Shown here one piece after another: positions 63,661 through 64,000 of a stretch of DNA of 64,000 nucleotides. The notes beneath the pieces were generated by a model. That model ran no database searches. It was not told the DNA's origin and worked only from the letters and a program-made list of their open reading frames with translations. The position numbers and the translations under genes are program-made. Source of the DNA: Carcharhinus amblyrhynchos. Taxonomy: Eukaryota. How positions within the stretch are numbered: the stretch's first letter is position 1; each line of letters opens with the position of its first letter. The stretch covers positions 27,838,001-27,902,000 of the forward strand of contig OZ336887.1 of the NCBI GenBank assembly GCA_965287045.1, read 5' to 3'.

Positions 63661-64000
63661 CCTTCATAATAAACCAAAATGACATCTCCCTTTTTTAAAA
63701 CTAAAACCTAAGATTAGCAAGGTGAATCTCTCAACAACTAAAACTCCTACCGAGTACACAATAGCAGATCAAAGTATCACATACAAAACACAATCATGTT
63801 TAGTTTGAGGTGGACTTTGGAGCAAAAGGTAGTCAACAAGTCAGTAAGAGAAATGATGTTCAAGGTCTCATACAAGAACCAGTAATAAGCAAACATTGGG
63901 AAATGTGAAATGAAGTTAAGATGTATAGAAACAAAATTAATATTCATACATATTATGGCCAAGGACTGCAGTTATGCATTGTTTATTTTACAGATTTATA

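Overview
This is eukaryotic, vertebrate DNA, almost certainly a cartilaginous fish (shark). The basis is repeated HE1-type tRNA-derived SINEs with CR1/HER1-type LINE partners, recognised from memory and not by database search. The window looks intronic or intergenic, and I cannot identify any host protein-coding gene. It is a mosaic of dead mobile elements: CR1, L2 and Rex1/Babar LINE fragments, several SINE families, Penelope-like termini, a decayed Ty3/Gypsy gag-pol, PIF/Harbinger-type MITEs and Myb/SANT-gene remnants, many of them nested. All recognisable ORFs are broken retroelement frames, and the very long ORFs at 9.4-11.9 kb are artefacts of a stop-free minisatellite. The most interesting items are: (1) a 2.2-kb minisatellite born inside a MITE, with C-runs biased to 5, 7 and 9 and an E-box palindrome in nearly every unit; (2) a 24/25-bp array with a 74-bp higher-order repeat that reads as tandem CAG-GCG-GTAAGT splice signals on the minus strand; (3) minimal hammerhead ribozyme motifs in Penelope-like ends; (4) SINE families whose tails match different LINEs. 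I see no convincing wholly new system. Boundaries were placed by eye and are approximate unless a target-site duplication (TSD) is quoted.
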